DNA of 30,534 nt from Verrucomicrobia bacterium UBA6775. Lineage in GTDB: Bacteria > Verrucomicrobiota > Verrucomicrobiia > Limisphaerales > UBA1096. The stretch's first letter is position 1. The number at the start of each line of letters is the position of its first letter. The notes under the pieces are model-generated. The model saw only the letters and a program-made list of their open reading frames with translations. It had not been told where the DNA came from and made no database searches. Of the stretch, positions 8,609-16,075 are shown one piece after another. A program made the position numbers and the translations under genes. The stretch covers positions 1 through 30,534 of the forward strand of contig DKGH01000188.1 in the NCBI GenBank assembly GCA_002453165.1. Reading direction: 5' to 3'.

Positions 8609-8620
8609 GACACCGCCAAA

Positions 8621-10435
8621 ATGGAATCCGCCAAACACGACGTTCAGCGCAAGACCCTCGAGGAACGCAACCAGATGAGCGAACTCGAGCGACTGCGGCA
8701 CTCCTGCGCGCACCTGCTCGCCACCGCCGTGCTTCGCCTTTGGCCCGATGCCAGGCTCGACATCGGTCCGCCCACTGCGGAGGGATTCTATTACGACTTC
8801 GACCTTGAGCACCGTTTTTCACCCGAGGACTTCGAGACCATCGAGGCCGAGATGAAAAAGGTAACGAAGGAAAACCAGACATTCGAGCGCAGCACAAAAA
8901 CACGCGAGGAGGCCAAGGCCTACTACGCCGAGCGCGGGCAAAATTTCAAGGTCGAGCGCGTCGACGACATCCCCGAGGGCGAGGAGATTTCGTTTTACCA
9001 AAACGGCGAGTTCGTCGATCTGTGCGCCGGCCCGCATGTCATGCGCACCGGCAACATTAAGGCATTCAAGCTGCTGCGAGTCGCCGCCGCCTACTATCGC
9101 GGTAACGAAAAGAACCCGCAACTGCAACGCATCTACGGCACGGCGTTTAAGAATAAGACACAGCTCAACGAGTGGCTCGAGGCTCAGGAGGAGGCGCGCA
9201 AGCGTGACCACCGCAAGATTGGCCGCGAGATGCAGCTTTTCGCGTTTGACGACGATGTCGGTCCCGGGCTGCCACTCTGGCTGCCCAAGGGCACGGTGCT
9301 CATCGAGGAACTGGAAAAACTGGCCAAGGAGACGGAATTTGAGGCCGGCTACGAGCGCGTGCGCACGCCACATCTCGCCCGCGAAAACATGTACAAAACA
9401 TCGGGACACCTCCCCTACTACGCCGAGAGCATGTTTCCGCCAATGGAGGTGAAGGATGATGATCCGGACAAGCCGACCGACCGGATTTATCTCAAGGCGA
9501 TGAACTGCCCGCATCACCACAAGATTTTCTCAGCCGTGCCACGCAGTTACCGCGAACTGCCGTTGCGACTGGCTGAGTACGGAACCTGTTACCGATACGA
9601 GCGCTCCGGCGAATTGATGGGCCTAATGCGCGTGCGCTCGATGCAGATGAACGACGCGCACATTTACTGCACCCCGGAGCAGTTCGCCGACGAATTTCGC
9701 GCCGTCAATGAGATGTACCTGAAGTACTTCAGGATTTTCGGATTCGAGAAATACAGCATGCGCTTCAGCACCCACAGCCCAGATCGGCTTGGCGACAAGT
9801 ATGTCGACGAGGCGGAGTTGTGGACACAAACCGAGAACATGGTGCGCGACGTCCTCGTGGAGTCCGGCGTCGACTTCGAGGAGGTTCCGGACGAGGCGGC
9901 GTTCTACGGACCGAAGATCGACGTGCAGGTCTACAGCATCTCCGGTCGTGAATTTACAATCGCCACCAATCAGGTGGACTTCGCCGTGCCCAAGCGCTTC
10001 GGACTTGAATATAAGACTCGCGAGAACACACCGGAAGTCCCGTTGTGCATCCACCGCGCCCCGCTTGGCACGCACGAGCGGTTTATCGGTTTTTTAATCG
10101 AGCATTACGCCGGAAACTTTCCCCTTTGGCTGGCACCGGATCAAGTACGTCTCCTCCCATTTGGCGACGATCAGATCGAGTACGCCAAGGAAGTTGTCAA
10201 CGAGTTCCGCAAACACGAGGTGCGCGTCAGCCTGGACACGACCTCGGACAAGATTGGTGCCCGCATTCGCCGGGCCGAGACGGAAAAAGTTCACACTATC
10301 CTGCTTGTTGGCCAACGGGAACAGGAAGCCGGCAACTTGGCGGTCCGCGAACACGGCAAAGGCGATCTCGGAGCCAAGCCGAAAACCGAAGTCATTAGTG
10401 ATCTGCTCGAACGAATCAACACACGCCAAGGCTGA
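8621..10435 (+). CDS. thrS: Threonine--tRNA ligase, short N-terminus (no TGS domain)
   Basis: RHSCAHLL (editing/SAD region) lies at residues 26-33. Class II motifs are present, including NCPHHHKIF, GLMRVRSMQMNDAHIY and FYGPKIDV, plus a C-terminal anticodon-binding domain. Confidence 0.95.
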   Translation: MESAKHDVQRKTLEERNQMSELERLRHSCAHLLATAVLRLWPDARLDIGPPTAEGFYYDFDLEHRFSPEDFETIEAEMKKVTKENQTFERSTKTREEAKAYYAERGQNFKVERVDDIPEGEEISFYQNGEFVDLCAGPHVMRTGNIKAFKLLRVAAAYYRGNEKNPQLQRIYGTAFKNKTQLNEWLEAQEEARKRDHRKIGREMQLFAFDDDVGPGLPLWLPKGTVLIEELEKLAKETEFEAGYERVRTPHLARENMYKTSGHLPYYAESMFPPMEVKDDDPDKPTDRIYLKAMNCPHHHKIFSAVPRSYRELPLRLAEYGTCYRYERSGELMGLMRVRSMQMNDAHIYCTPEQFADEFRAVNEMYLKYFRIFGFEKYSMRFSTHSPDRLGDKYVDEAELWTQTENMVRDVLVESGVDFEEVPDEAAFYGPKIDVQVYSISGREFTIATNQVDFAVPKRFGLEYKTRENTPEVPLCIHRAPLGTHERFIGFLIEHYAGNFPLWLAPDQVRLLPFGDDQIEYAKEVVNEFRKHEVRVSLDTTSDKIGARIRRAETEKVHTILLVGQREQEAGNLAVREHGKGDLGAKPKTEVISDLLERINTRQG

Positions 10436-10440
10436 CCGGG

Positions 10441-10453
10441 CTTGGCCAAACGC
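10441..10453. repeat. Single intergenic palindrome copy (CTTGGCCAAaCGC, one mismatch in the flank)
   Basis: It begins 6 nt after the thrS stop (10433..10435) and lies 18 nt before the serA ATG. Confidence 0.9.
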
Positions 10454-10471
10454 TCAACAATTTCAAACATA

Positions 10472-12061
10472 ATGAAAGTACTTGTCTGCGACCCCATTTC
10501 TCAAACGGGGATAGAACACCTGCAGCAGCAGAACGGACTAGAAACTATCGTCCTCGACCGCTGCCACTCAGAGGAAGAATTGATGCCGATCGTTAAGGAC
10601 GTCTCGGCCATGGCCATCCGTTCCGAGACCAAGGTCACCAAGGCAATCCTCGAGGCAGCGCCGGAGATGCGCATCGTCGGCCGCGCCGGGGTTGGCGTGG
10701 ACAACATCGATATCGAGGCCGCCACGCAAAACGGAGTCATCGTGATGAACACGCCCGGTGGAAACACCACCGCCACCTGCGAGCTAACCTTTTCGATGAT
10801 GATGGCCCTCGCCCGGAACATCCCACAGGCTCACGGCTCAATGGTTGCCGGCGAATGGAATCGGAAGGCATTCAAGGGGGTCGAACTTTACGGGAAGACA
10901 CTCGGCGTCCTCGGAATGGGGCGCATCGGCGGTGAGGTTGCCCGGCGCGCCGTAGCATTTGGCATGCGCGTGATGGCCTACGACCCGTACATCACCCCAT
11001 CGCGAGCCAAGGCGTTGCAGGTCGAATTGGCATCACTTGAGGATATTTACACTGCGGCGGACTTCATCACCGTGCATATGCCGATGACCGACGAAACCCG
11101 CGGCATGCTCAACAAGGACACCTTCGCCATCATGAAGCCCAGCGTGCGCCTACTTAACTGCGCCCGCGGTGGCATCATCAACGAAACCGACCTCTGCGAG
11201 GCGTTAACGGCGGGTAAAATCGCCGGCGCGGCACTTGATGTTTACGAGAGCGAACCGCTTTCCAATGACTCACCCCTGCGCGATTGCCCGAACCTGATTT
11301 TAACCCCACACCTCGGCGCTAGCACCGTGGAGGCACAGGACAATGTCGGCCTCGAGGTTGCCCAAGGGATTTCAGACTACCTGCTGCACGGCAGCCTGAT
11401 GAATTCCATCAACATGCCCAGCCTCGATGCCCAGACCTCGGCCAAGGTACAGCCCTACCTGCGCCTCGGCGAAAAAATGGGTGTGCTGTTGGCCAAGCTT
11501 GGGCAGGTCGGTACCGAGCGACTCGCGATCACCTACGGCGGTCTGGCCACCGAGTTGCCCGGCGACCCGATCGCCCGATCGATAATCAAGGGCTTCCTCG
11601 GCGCGGCCGAGGGCGAAGAGGTCAACCTCGTTAACGTCCGTTCGATGGCCAAGGAACGCGGATTGGTAGTTGAGGAAATCAAGTCCACCGAACAGGTGGA
11701 CTTCCGTGAGTGGCTCCACATTCGTGCCTGGGCCGGTGAAGAAAAAGTCTCTGTCGCCGGTTCATTTTTCGGCCTCGCCCAACACCCGCGCATCGTCCGC
11801 CTCAACAGCCAACCGGTAGAGATTATTCCGGACGGCATCCTGTTCATGATGACAAACAAGGATCGCCCCGGCATCGTCGGCCACCTCGGAACGGTCCTTG
11901 GCAATCACGGCGTCAACATCGCCAACATGAGCCTCGGCCGAGACCGCGAGGGAGGCCAAGCGCTAACCGCGCTGAATATCGACAGCATCCCCCCCGCTGA
12001 GTGCCTGGCCGAGCTTGAGGCCGACCCGGACATCGGCACCATCCGCATCGTACAGTTTTAA
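10472..12061 (+). CDS. serA: D-3-phosphoglycerate dehydrogenase (long form with ASB and ACT domains)
   Basis: MKVLVCDPIS..., a GxGxxG NAD site (GVLGMGRIGGEVA), catalytic-region motifs and a C-terminal ACT-like segment. The track start at 10442 is a TTG inside the palindrome, so ATG 10472 is preferred. Confidence 0.9.
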   Translation: MKVLVCDPISQTGIEHLQQQNGLETIVLDRCHSEEELMPIVKDVSAMAIRSETKVTKAILEAAPEMRIVGRAGVGVDNIDIEAATQNGVIVMNTPGGNTTATCELTFSMMMALARNIPQAHGSMVAGEWNRKAFKGVELYGKTLGVLGMGRIGGEVARRAVAFGMRVMAYDPYITPSRAKALQVELASLEDIYTAADFITVHMPMTDETRGMLNKDTFAIMKPSVRLLNCARGGIINETDLCEALTAGKIAGAALDVYESEPLSNDSPLRDCPNLILTPHLGASTVEAQDNVGLEVAQGISDYLLHGSLMNSINMPSLDAQTSAKVQPYLRLGEKMGVLLAKLGQVGTERLAITYGGLATELPGDPIARSIIKGFLGAAEGEEVNLVNVRSMAKERGLVVEEIKSTEQVDFREWLHIRAWAGEEKVSVAGSFFGLAQHPRIVRLNSQPVEIIPDGILFMMTNKDRPGIVGHLGTVLGNHGVNIANMSLGRDREGGQALTALNIDSIPPAECLAELEADPDIGTIRIVQF

Positions 12062-12063
12062 TC

Positions 12064-12088
12064 CGCTTGGCCAAGCGCTTGGCCAAGC
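12064..12088. repeat. Intergenic tandem dimer of the palindrome (CGCTTGGCCAAGCGCTTGGCCAAGC)
   Basis: Cores at 12067 and 12079. Positions 12065..12088 form a 24-nt perfect palindrome. It occupies essentially the whole 27-bp gap between the convergent stops of serA (12061) and the Lon-N gene (12089). Confidence 0.95.
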
Positions 12089-12769
12089 TCAACTATTCAA
12101 ATCAATCTCGGCCGCCAGAAATGCGGCGGCTCGGTTCAATCGTGTTGGCACATCAATGGATGACAACACGATCTGCCGTTCGAAAGGGTTCCGCAAAAAC
12201 GTAGCAGCGGTGTAGTCGGCCAAACCCGACGCGTTATCGATCAGCTTCATCATATCAGCGCCAACTTCCGACATAGTATCAGCCATGCCCTTATCCGACA
12301 GGGCCTGCTTTTGGTTGAACAACGCAGAGGGAATCATCCTCGGCGACAGCCCTTCGGTCCCAAGTTCCAGCCGTTTTTCAATTAGATCCATCAACCGGTC
12401 GCGCAGCGATTCGATCTCGGGCGAGTCTTCCCCGGACGACTCCATCACCCGGACTCTCTCCAAACGATAGGGCCGATACTTCTCCGCCCCGAGACATTCC
12501 ACGCGTGCCACACCCATCAACAACAGATTTGAAGTACCGTCCTTCGCATCAATACACACCCGCACCATCCCCACACCGACGATGGGCATCGGGGATTCCT
12601 TCCCGGCAACGGACTGCCTTAAAGCCACACCAAACATGCGATGTGAGCCCAGAACATCCGATAGCATCCGGCGGTATCTAGGCTCGAAAATATGAAGCGG
12701 AAGCAACGCGTCAGGGAAAAGAGTCGCATTCGGAAGGATCATTAGGGGAATGACATCCGGAATGTGCAT
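12089..12769 (-). CDS. Stand-alone Lon protease N-terminal (LON substrate-binding) domain protein
   Basis: IPLMILPNATLFPDALLPLHIFEPRYRRML and the following GVGMVRV segment are typical of the LON N-domain. There is no AAA+ or protease part. ATG 12769 is preferred over the track start at 12850. Confidence 0.75.
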   Translation of the reverse strand: MHIPDVIPLMILPNATLFPDALLPLHIFEPRYRRMLSDVLGSHRMFGVALRQSVAGKESPMPIVGVGMVRVCIDAKDGTSNLLLMGVARVECLGAEKYRPYRLERVRVMESSGEDSPEIESLRDRLMDLIEKRLELGTEGLSPRMIPSALFNQKQALSDKGMADTMSEVGADMMKLIDNASGLADYTAATFLRNPFERQIVLSSIDVPTRLNRAAAFLAAEIDLNS

Positions 12770-12862
12770 TGAAAAAAAACTAGCCGAATGGCGTATTTTC
12801 ACAAGTAAATCATAAAATTTGGGGTTGCCATGTCGGGCAGAGCGACCCACTATAGCCCAACT

Positions 12863-13669
12863 ATGAAAGGCGGTGGATTACTCATTTTAGCGGTCGTGGC
12901 GCTCATCGGTGGAGCGGTCTCAGTGGTTTTTCTTTCCAAAGCGAAGACTCAAGTCAAGGAACACGAGGCGACTATCGAGACTCAAAAAGGCAAAATCGAC
13001 ACCCTGACTCAGAAGAACATTACACTGACTCAGGAGAAAGCCGACTTAACAACGAATCTCACTCAGGCCCGGGATACGATCACCCAAACTGAAAATCGCC
13101 TGTTGAAACTGAAGGATGATTTCGACGTACAAAAAGCCGAGCATGATGCGTTTCTCGAGAAAACAGCAGAGGAGTTGGCTGCCAAGGACGAGACGATCAA
13201 GGCTCTCAATGACGACCTGGCCGCTGCCAAAAACAAGCACCGGGATTACGACACGCAGATCAGCGATTTGAATACCCAGATCGTCACCAAGGATCAGAAA
13301 ATCGACGCGATCCAACGGCGCCTTGAGGCCAGTGATGCCGACCGCGAGTTTCTCCTCAAGCAACGTGACAAGCTCATCGCCGAGAAGGCCGAACTCGAGA
13401 AACAGTTTCAGGACATCGCCGTACTTCGCGAAAAGGTTTTGAAACTTCAGGGCGAACTCATGGCCTCAAGGAAACTTGAGTGGATTCGTCGCGGACTCTA
13501 CGGCGGCGCCCGTCAAAAAGGCGGCTCCAAGCTCATGAGCATGAGCCGCAGGAAGCCGAAGGAAGTGCCAACGACCAACGCCGACTTGAACGTCGAAATC
13601 CGACGCGACGGCACGGTCAAGATCGCCCCGACCTCCACCAACACTCCCCCCGATGGTGTGACTCCATGA
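12863..13669 (+). CDS. Membrane-anchored coiled-coil protein, function unknown
   Basis: One N-terminal TM helix (GGGLLILAVVALIGGAVSVVFLS) is followed by about 200 aa rich in heptad-like K/E/Q/L residues and a basic tail. An alternative start exists at ATG 12830. Its stop overlaps the moaA start (ATGA). Confidence 0.7.
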   Translation: MKGGGLLILAVVALIGGAVSVVFLSKAKTQVKEHEATIETQKGKIDTLTQKNITLTQEKADLTTNLTQARDTITQTENRLLKLKDDFDVQKAEHDAFLEKTAEELAAKDETIKALNDDLAAAKNKHRDYDTQISDLNTQIVTKDQKIDAIQRRLEASDADREFLLKQRDKLIAEKAELEKQFQDIAVLREKVLKLQGELMASRKLEWIRRGLYGGARQKGGSKLMSMSRRKPKEVPTTNADLNVEIRRDGTVKIAPTSTNTPPDGVTP

Positions 13670-14733
13670 CGCCGTCCGAGGTACTTCAGGACACTCACAA
13701 ACGAATCATCCGGGACTTGCGGGTCAGCATCACTGACCGCTGCAATTTCCGTTGTGTCTATTGCCTTCCCGAAACTGAGGAAGCAGCCAACTTTTATCGT
13801 CACCAGCGGCCTGACGAACATCCATCGAAACAGGAAACAAAGCTCTGTTACACGTGGAAACCTCGCGCGCAAATTCTGACGTATGAAGAAATCACCCGTA
13901 TGATTCGGGTTGCCTCCTCGCTTGGCCTCAACAAAGTTCGGATCACTGGCGGCGAACCGTTGCTCCGCAGGAACGTGGAATCGCTGATTGAATCCATCGT
14001 AGCGCTTGGTACCATTGATGACCTTTCCCTGACGAGCAACGGCACCCATTTCCCGCGCTTGGCCAAGCGCTTGAAAGAGGCCGGCCTCTCTCGCATCACT
14101 CTCAGCCTCGATTCACTTGACCGCGAAAACTTCAGAAAAATCACCGGCCGCAATGGGCTCGACGATGTGCTCGAATCCATCCGCTTGGCCAAGGCGCTTG
14201 GCCTGACTCCTGTCAAAGTCAACGCCGTCATCATTCGCGGCCTGAACGACCACGAGATTGGGGCACTGGCCCATTTCGCCGTGCAGGAAAATATCGTGAT
14301 GCGGATGATCGAGTTCATGCCGTTGGACTCCGGCCGAGCGTGGCAGCGCGAACACGTTGTGCCCGGCAGCGAAATTCTGGAACGAGTTCAGGCCGAAATC
14401 CCCGTCGCTCCCCTGCCCGCTCAACACGCTGCAGAGACGGCATCCCGTTGGTCTCTCGGCGATGGCCAGGCGGAGCTTGGGATCATCGCCCCGGTGACCC
14501 AGCCATTCTGCGGCCAGTGCAACCGCATCCGCCTGACTGCTGATGGCCACATTCGCACCTGCCTGTTTAGTGTCCATGAACACGACCTGAAACCGTTACT
14601 TCGCAATGACTCCAGCGACGATAAACTTGCCGCTGAATTGCAGCGGATCGTCTGGAATAAGGAGCCTGGACATCAAATAGGACAGTCCGGATTTGTCCAA
14701 CCGGAACGCTCCATGAGCGGTATTGGTGGCTGA
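13666..14733 (+). CDS. moaA: GTP 3',8-cyclase (molybdenum cofactor biosynthesis protein A)
   Basis: It has the radical-SAM CNFRCVYC motif, TGGEPLLR, and the C-terminal cluster CGQCNRIRLTADGHIRTC ending in GG. The start ATG 13666 overlaps the upstream stop. The track's 13480 start is an out-of-context extension. Confidence 0.9.
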   Translation: MTPSEVLQDTHKRIIRDLRVSITDRCNFRCVYCLPETEEAANFYRHQRPDEHPSKQETKLCYTWKPRAQILTYEEITRMIRVASSLGLNKVRITGGEPLLRRNVESLIESIVALGTIDDLSLTSNGTHFPRLAKRLKEAGLSRITLSLDSLDRENFRKITGRNGLDDVLESIRLAKALGLTPVKVNAVIIRGLNDHEIGALAHFAVQENIVMRMIEFMPLDSGRAWQREHVVPGSEILERVQAEIPVAPLPAQHAAETASRWSLGDGQAELGIIAPVTQPFCGQCNRIRLTADGHIRTCLFSVHEHDLKPLLRNDSSDDKLAAELQRIVWNKEPGHQIGQSGFVQPERSMSGIGG

Positions 14734-14779
14734 AAAAGAGTGACGTTTCGCTGGAGAACCCCTAACAATTCCCCATCCC

Positions 14780-15997
14780 ATGGATCTGACCACGAATTAT
14801 CTGCGCTCAATCAACACGATCGAAAACATCGACATCGCGATCCTTGTCAACAACATCATTCTCGATGCGGTCGGACAGCAGTCGAGCGACATCCACATTG
14901 AGCCGTGGGAGAACACCATTGCCGTCCGCATCCGTGTTTCCGGCATCCTGCAGGAACTGACGCACCTGCCGCTCGAGTTGCTTGACCGGATCACCGGGCG
15001 AATCAAGGTCATGTCCGACCTTGTAACCTACGAGTCTGAATTGCCGCAGGAAGGCCGCGCGCCAGCCAGCCCCGACTTCGGCAACGTTGAATTGCGCGTC
15101 TCCGTTTTCCCAACTGTTCGCGGCGAAAAGGTGGTGGTTCGATTGTTCGATCCGCGAAACCGGAGTTTTGACCTGAAGACGCTCGGGTTCGAATCGGATA
15201 CACTCAAGCAATTCATGAAACTGATTCGCAGACCAAGCGGATTGATACTATTGAACGGCCCCACCGGCTCCGGTAAAACCACCGCCATTTACTCCGCGCT
15301 CTGTCACCTCGTTGAAACCCACGGCCCCACCGTCAGCATCAGCACCGTGGAAGATCCGGTGGAATTCAACCTGCCAATGATCAGCCAATCGCAGATCAGC
15401 AACTCACGTGGGTTCACCTACCCGAAGGCGCTGCGGTCGTTGATGCGGCAGGATCCCGAGGCCATCATGATCGGTGAGATTCGTGATCCAGAGACCGCCT
15501 CCATCGCGGTGCAGGCCGGGCTGACCGGGCACATGGTCATTAGCACCATCCACAGCGACAGCACGGCCGGCGTCTACGCCCGGTTGATTAACATGAACAT
15601 CGAGCCGTTTTTGTTGGCATCCAGTATCGCCGGGGTGCTTGGCCTGCGACTGCTCCGGACCATCTGCGAGCATTGCAAATTAGAGACTCAGCCCAACGCC
15701 GAGCAACTTGGCCTGCTGCCTGAAGAATTTGTACAGTCGACCACATTTTACACCGGACAGGGATGCGACCACTGCGCCGACACCGGCTATCACGGACGCG
15801 TGGCGGTGACGGAGTTGCTCATGTCCGACGAGGTGACCCGGGAAGGCGTCATCCAAAAAATGCGGACCCGCAAGCTCCGCGACTTGGCCATTGATCAGGG
15901 CATGACCACACTCTGGCAAAATGCCCTGGCCAAGGTGCAGCGAGGCGAGACCAGCATGGATGAAGTCATTCGTATCGTCGCTGTTGACCAGCTTTAA
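14780..15997 (+). CDS. GspE/PilB-family secretion/pilus ATPase, minimal form (N2 + C-terminal ATPase domain)
   Basis: Walker A GPTGSGKTT, Asp box VEDPVE, Walker B AIMIGEIRD and His box TGHMVISTIHS are all present. It also has the tetracysteine motif CEHC...CDHC typical of GspE/PilB and not of PilT. At 405 aa it has no long N-terminal domain. Confidence 0.85.
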   Translation: MDLTTNYLRSINTIENIDIAILVNNIILDAVGQQSSDIHIEPWENTIAVRIRVSGILQELTHLPLELLDRITGRIKVMSDLVTYESELPQEGRAPASPDFGNVELRVSVFPTVRGEKVVVRLFDPRNRSFDLKTLGFESDTLKQFMKLIRRPSGLILLNGPTGSGKTTAIYSALCHLVETHGPTVSISTVEDPVEFNLPMISQSQISNSRGFTYPKALRSLMRQDPEAIMIGEIRDPETASIAVQAGLTGHMVISTIHSDSTAGVYARLINMNIEPFLLASSIAGVLGLRLLRTICEHCKLETQPNAEQLGLLPEEFVQSTTFYTGQGCDHCADTGYHGRVAVTELLMSDEVTREGVIQKMRTRKLRDLAIDQGMTTLWQNALAKVQRGETSMDEVIRIVAVDQL

Positions 15998-16002
15998 TTA
16001 GC

Positions 16003-16025
16003 CGCTTGACCAAACGCTTGGCCAG
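16003..16025. repeat. Degenerate tandem dimer of the palindrome (CGCTTGaCCAAaCGCTTGGCCAg)
   Basis: It has the same 12-bp period and the same position (6 nt after a stop codon) as the perfect dimers, with 3 substitutions. Confidence 0.7.
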
Positions 16026-16029
16026 ACAC

Positions 16030-16062
16030 AAAAAAATGCGCCCTCCGATTGAAGGGCGCATT
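16030..16062 (-). terminator. Rho-independent terminator downstream of the RNase E/G gene
   Basis: A perfect 9-bp stem, ATGCGCCCT (16037..16045) with AGGGCGCAT (16054..16062), encloses an 8-nt loop. On the minus strand it is followed by a run of 7-8 U (A-run 16030..16037 on plus). On the plus strand only TT follows. Confidence 0.75.
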
Positions 16063-16075
16063 TGGGCAAAACTAC

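Noticed and set aside
7950-8903. Long antisense ORFs, such as 7950..8903 (317 aa), 20491..21369 (292 aa), 27394..28287 (297 aa), 24886..25671 (261 aa), 2721..3482 (253 aa), 8819..9520 and 16388..17065
   Set aside because: Each lies opposite a confidently identified gene (yidC/jag/thrS, mrdA, CotH, CE15, PSCyt2/PSD1, thrS, RNase E/G). Their Arg/Gly/Leu/Val-rich composition is typical of antisense frames in GC-rich DNA. I recognised no family motifs in them.
13000-13090. Repeated CTGACTCAG / CTCACTCAG words in the coiled-coil gene
   Set aside because: They are explained by repeated T-L-T-Q peptide units within a low-complexity coiled-coil region. I see no evidence of an independent DNA-level element.
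13480-13665. Upstream extensions of moaA (13480), serA (10442 TTG), CE15 (24817 GTG), the esterase (24988 GTG), CotH (28908 TTG), Lon-N (12850) and mreC (22770 TTG) as given by the longest-ORF track
   Set aside because: The extensions overlap upstream genes or run through intergenic palindrome copies. They encode Arg/Pro-rich junk, and each precedes an internal ATG followed by a proper N-terminus (a signal peptide or a conserved family start).
13600-13680. A Moco riboswitch upstream of moaA, or a T-box or leader upstream of thrS
   Set aside because: The moaA start overlaps the preceding CDS, so there is no leader. The thrS leader is only 50 nt and is mostly the palindrome dimer, which is too short for a T-box.
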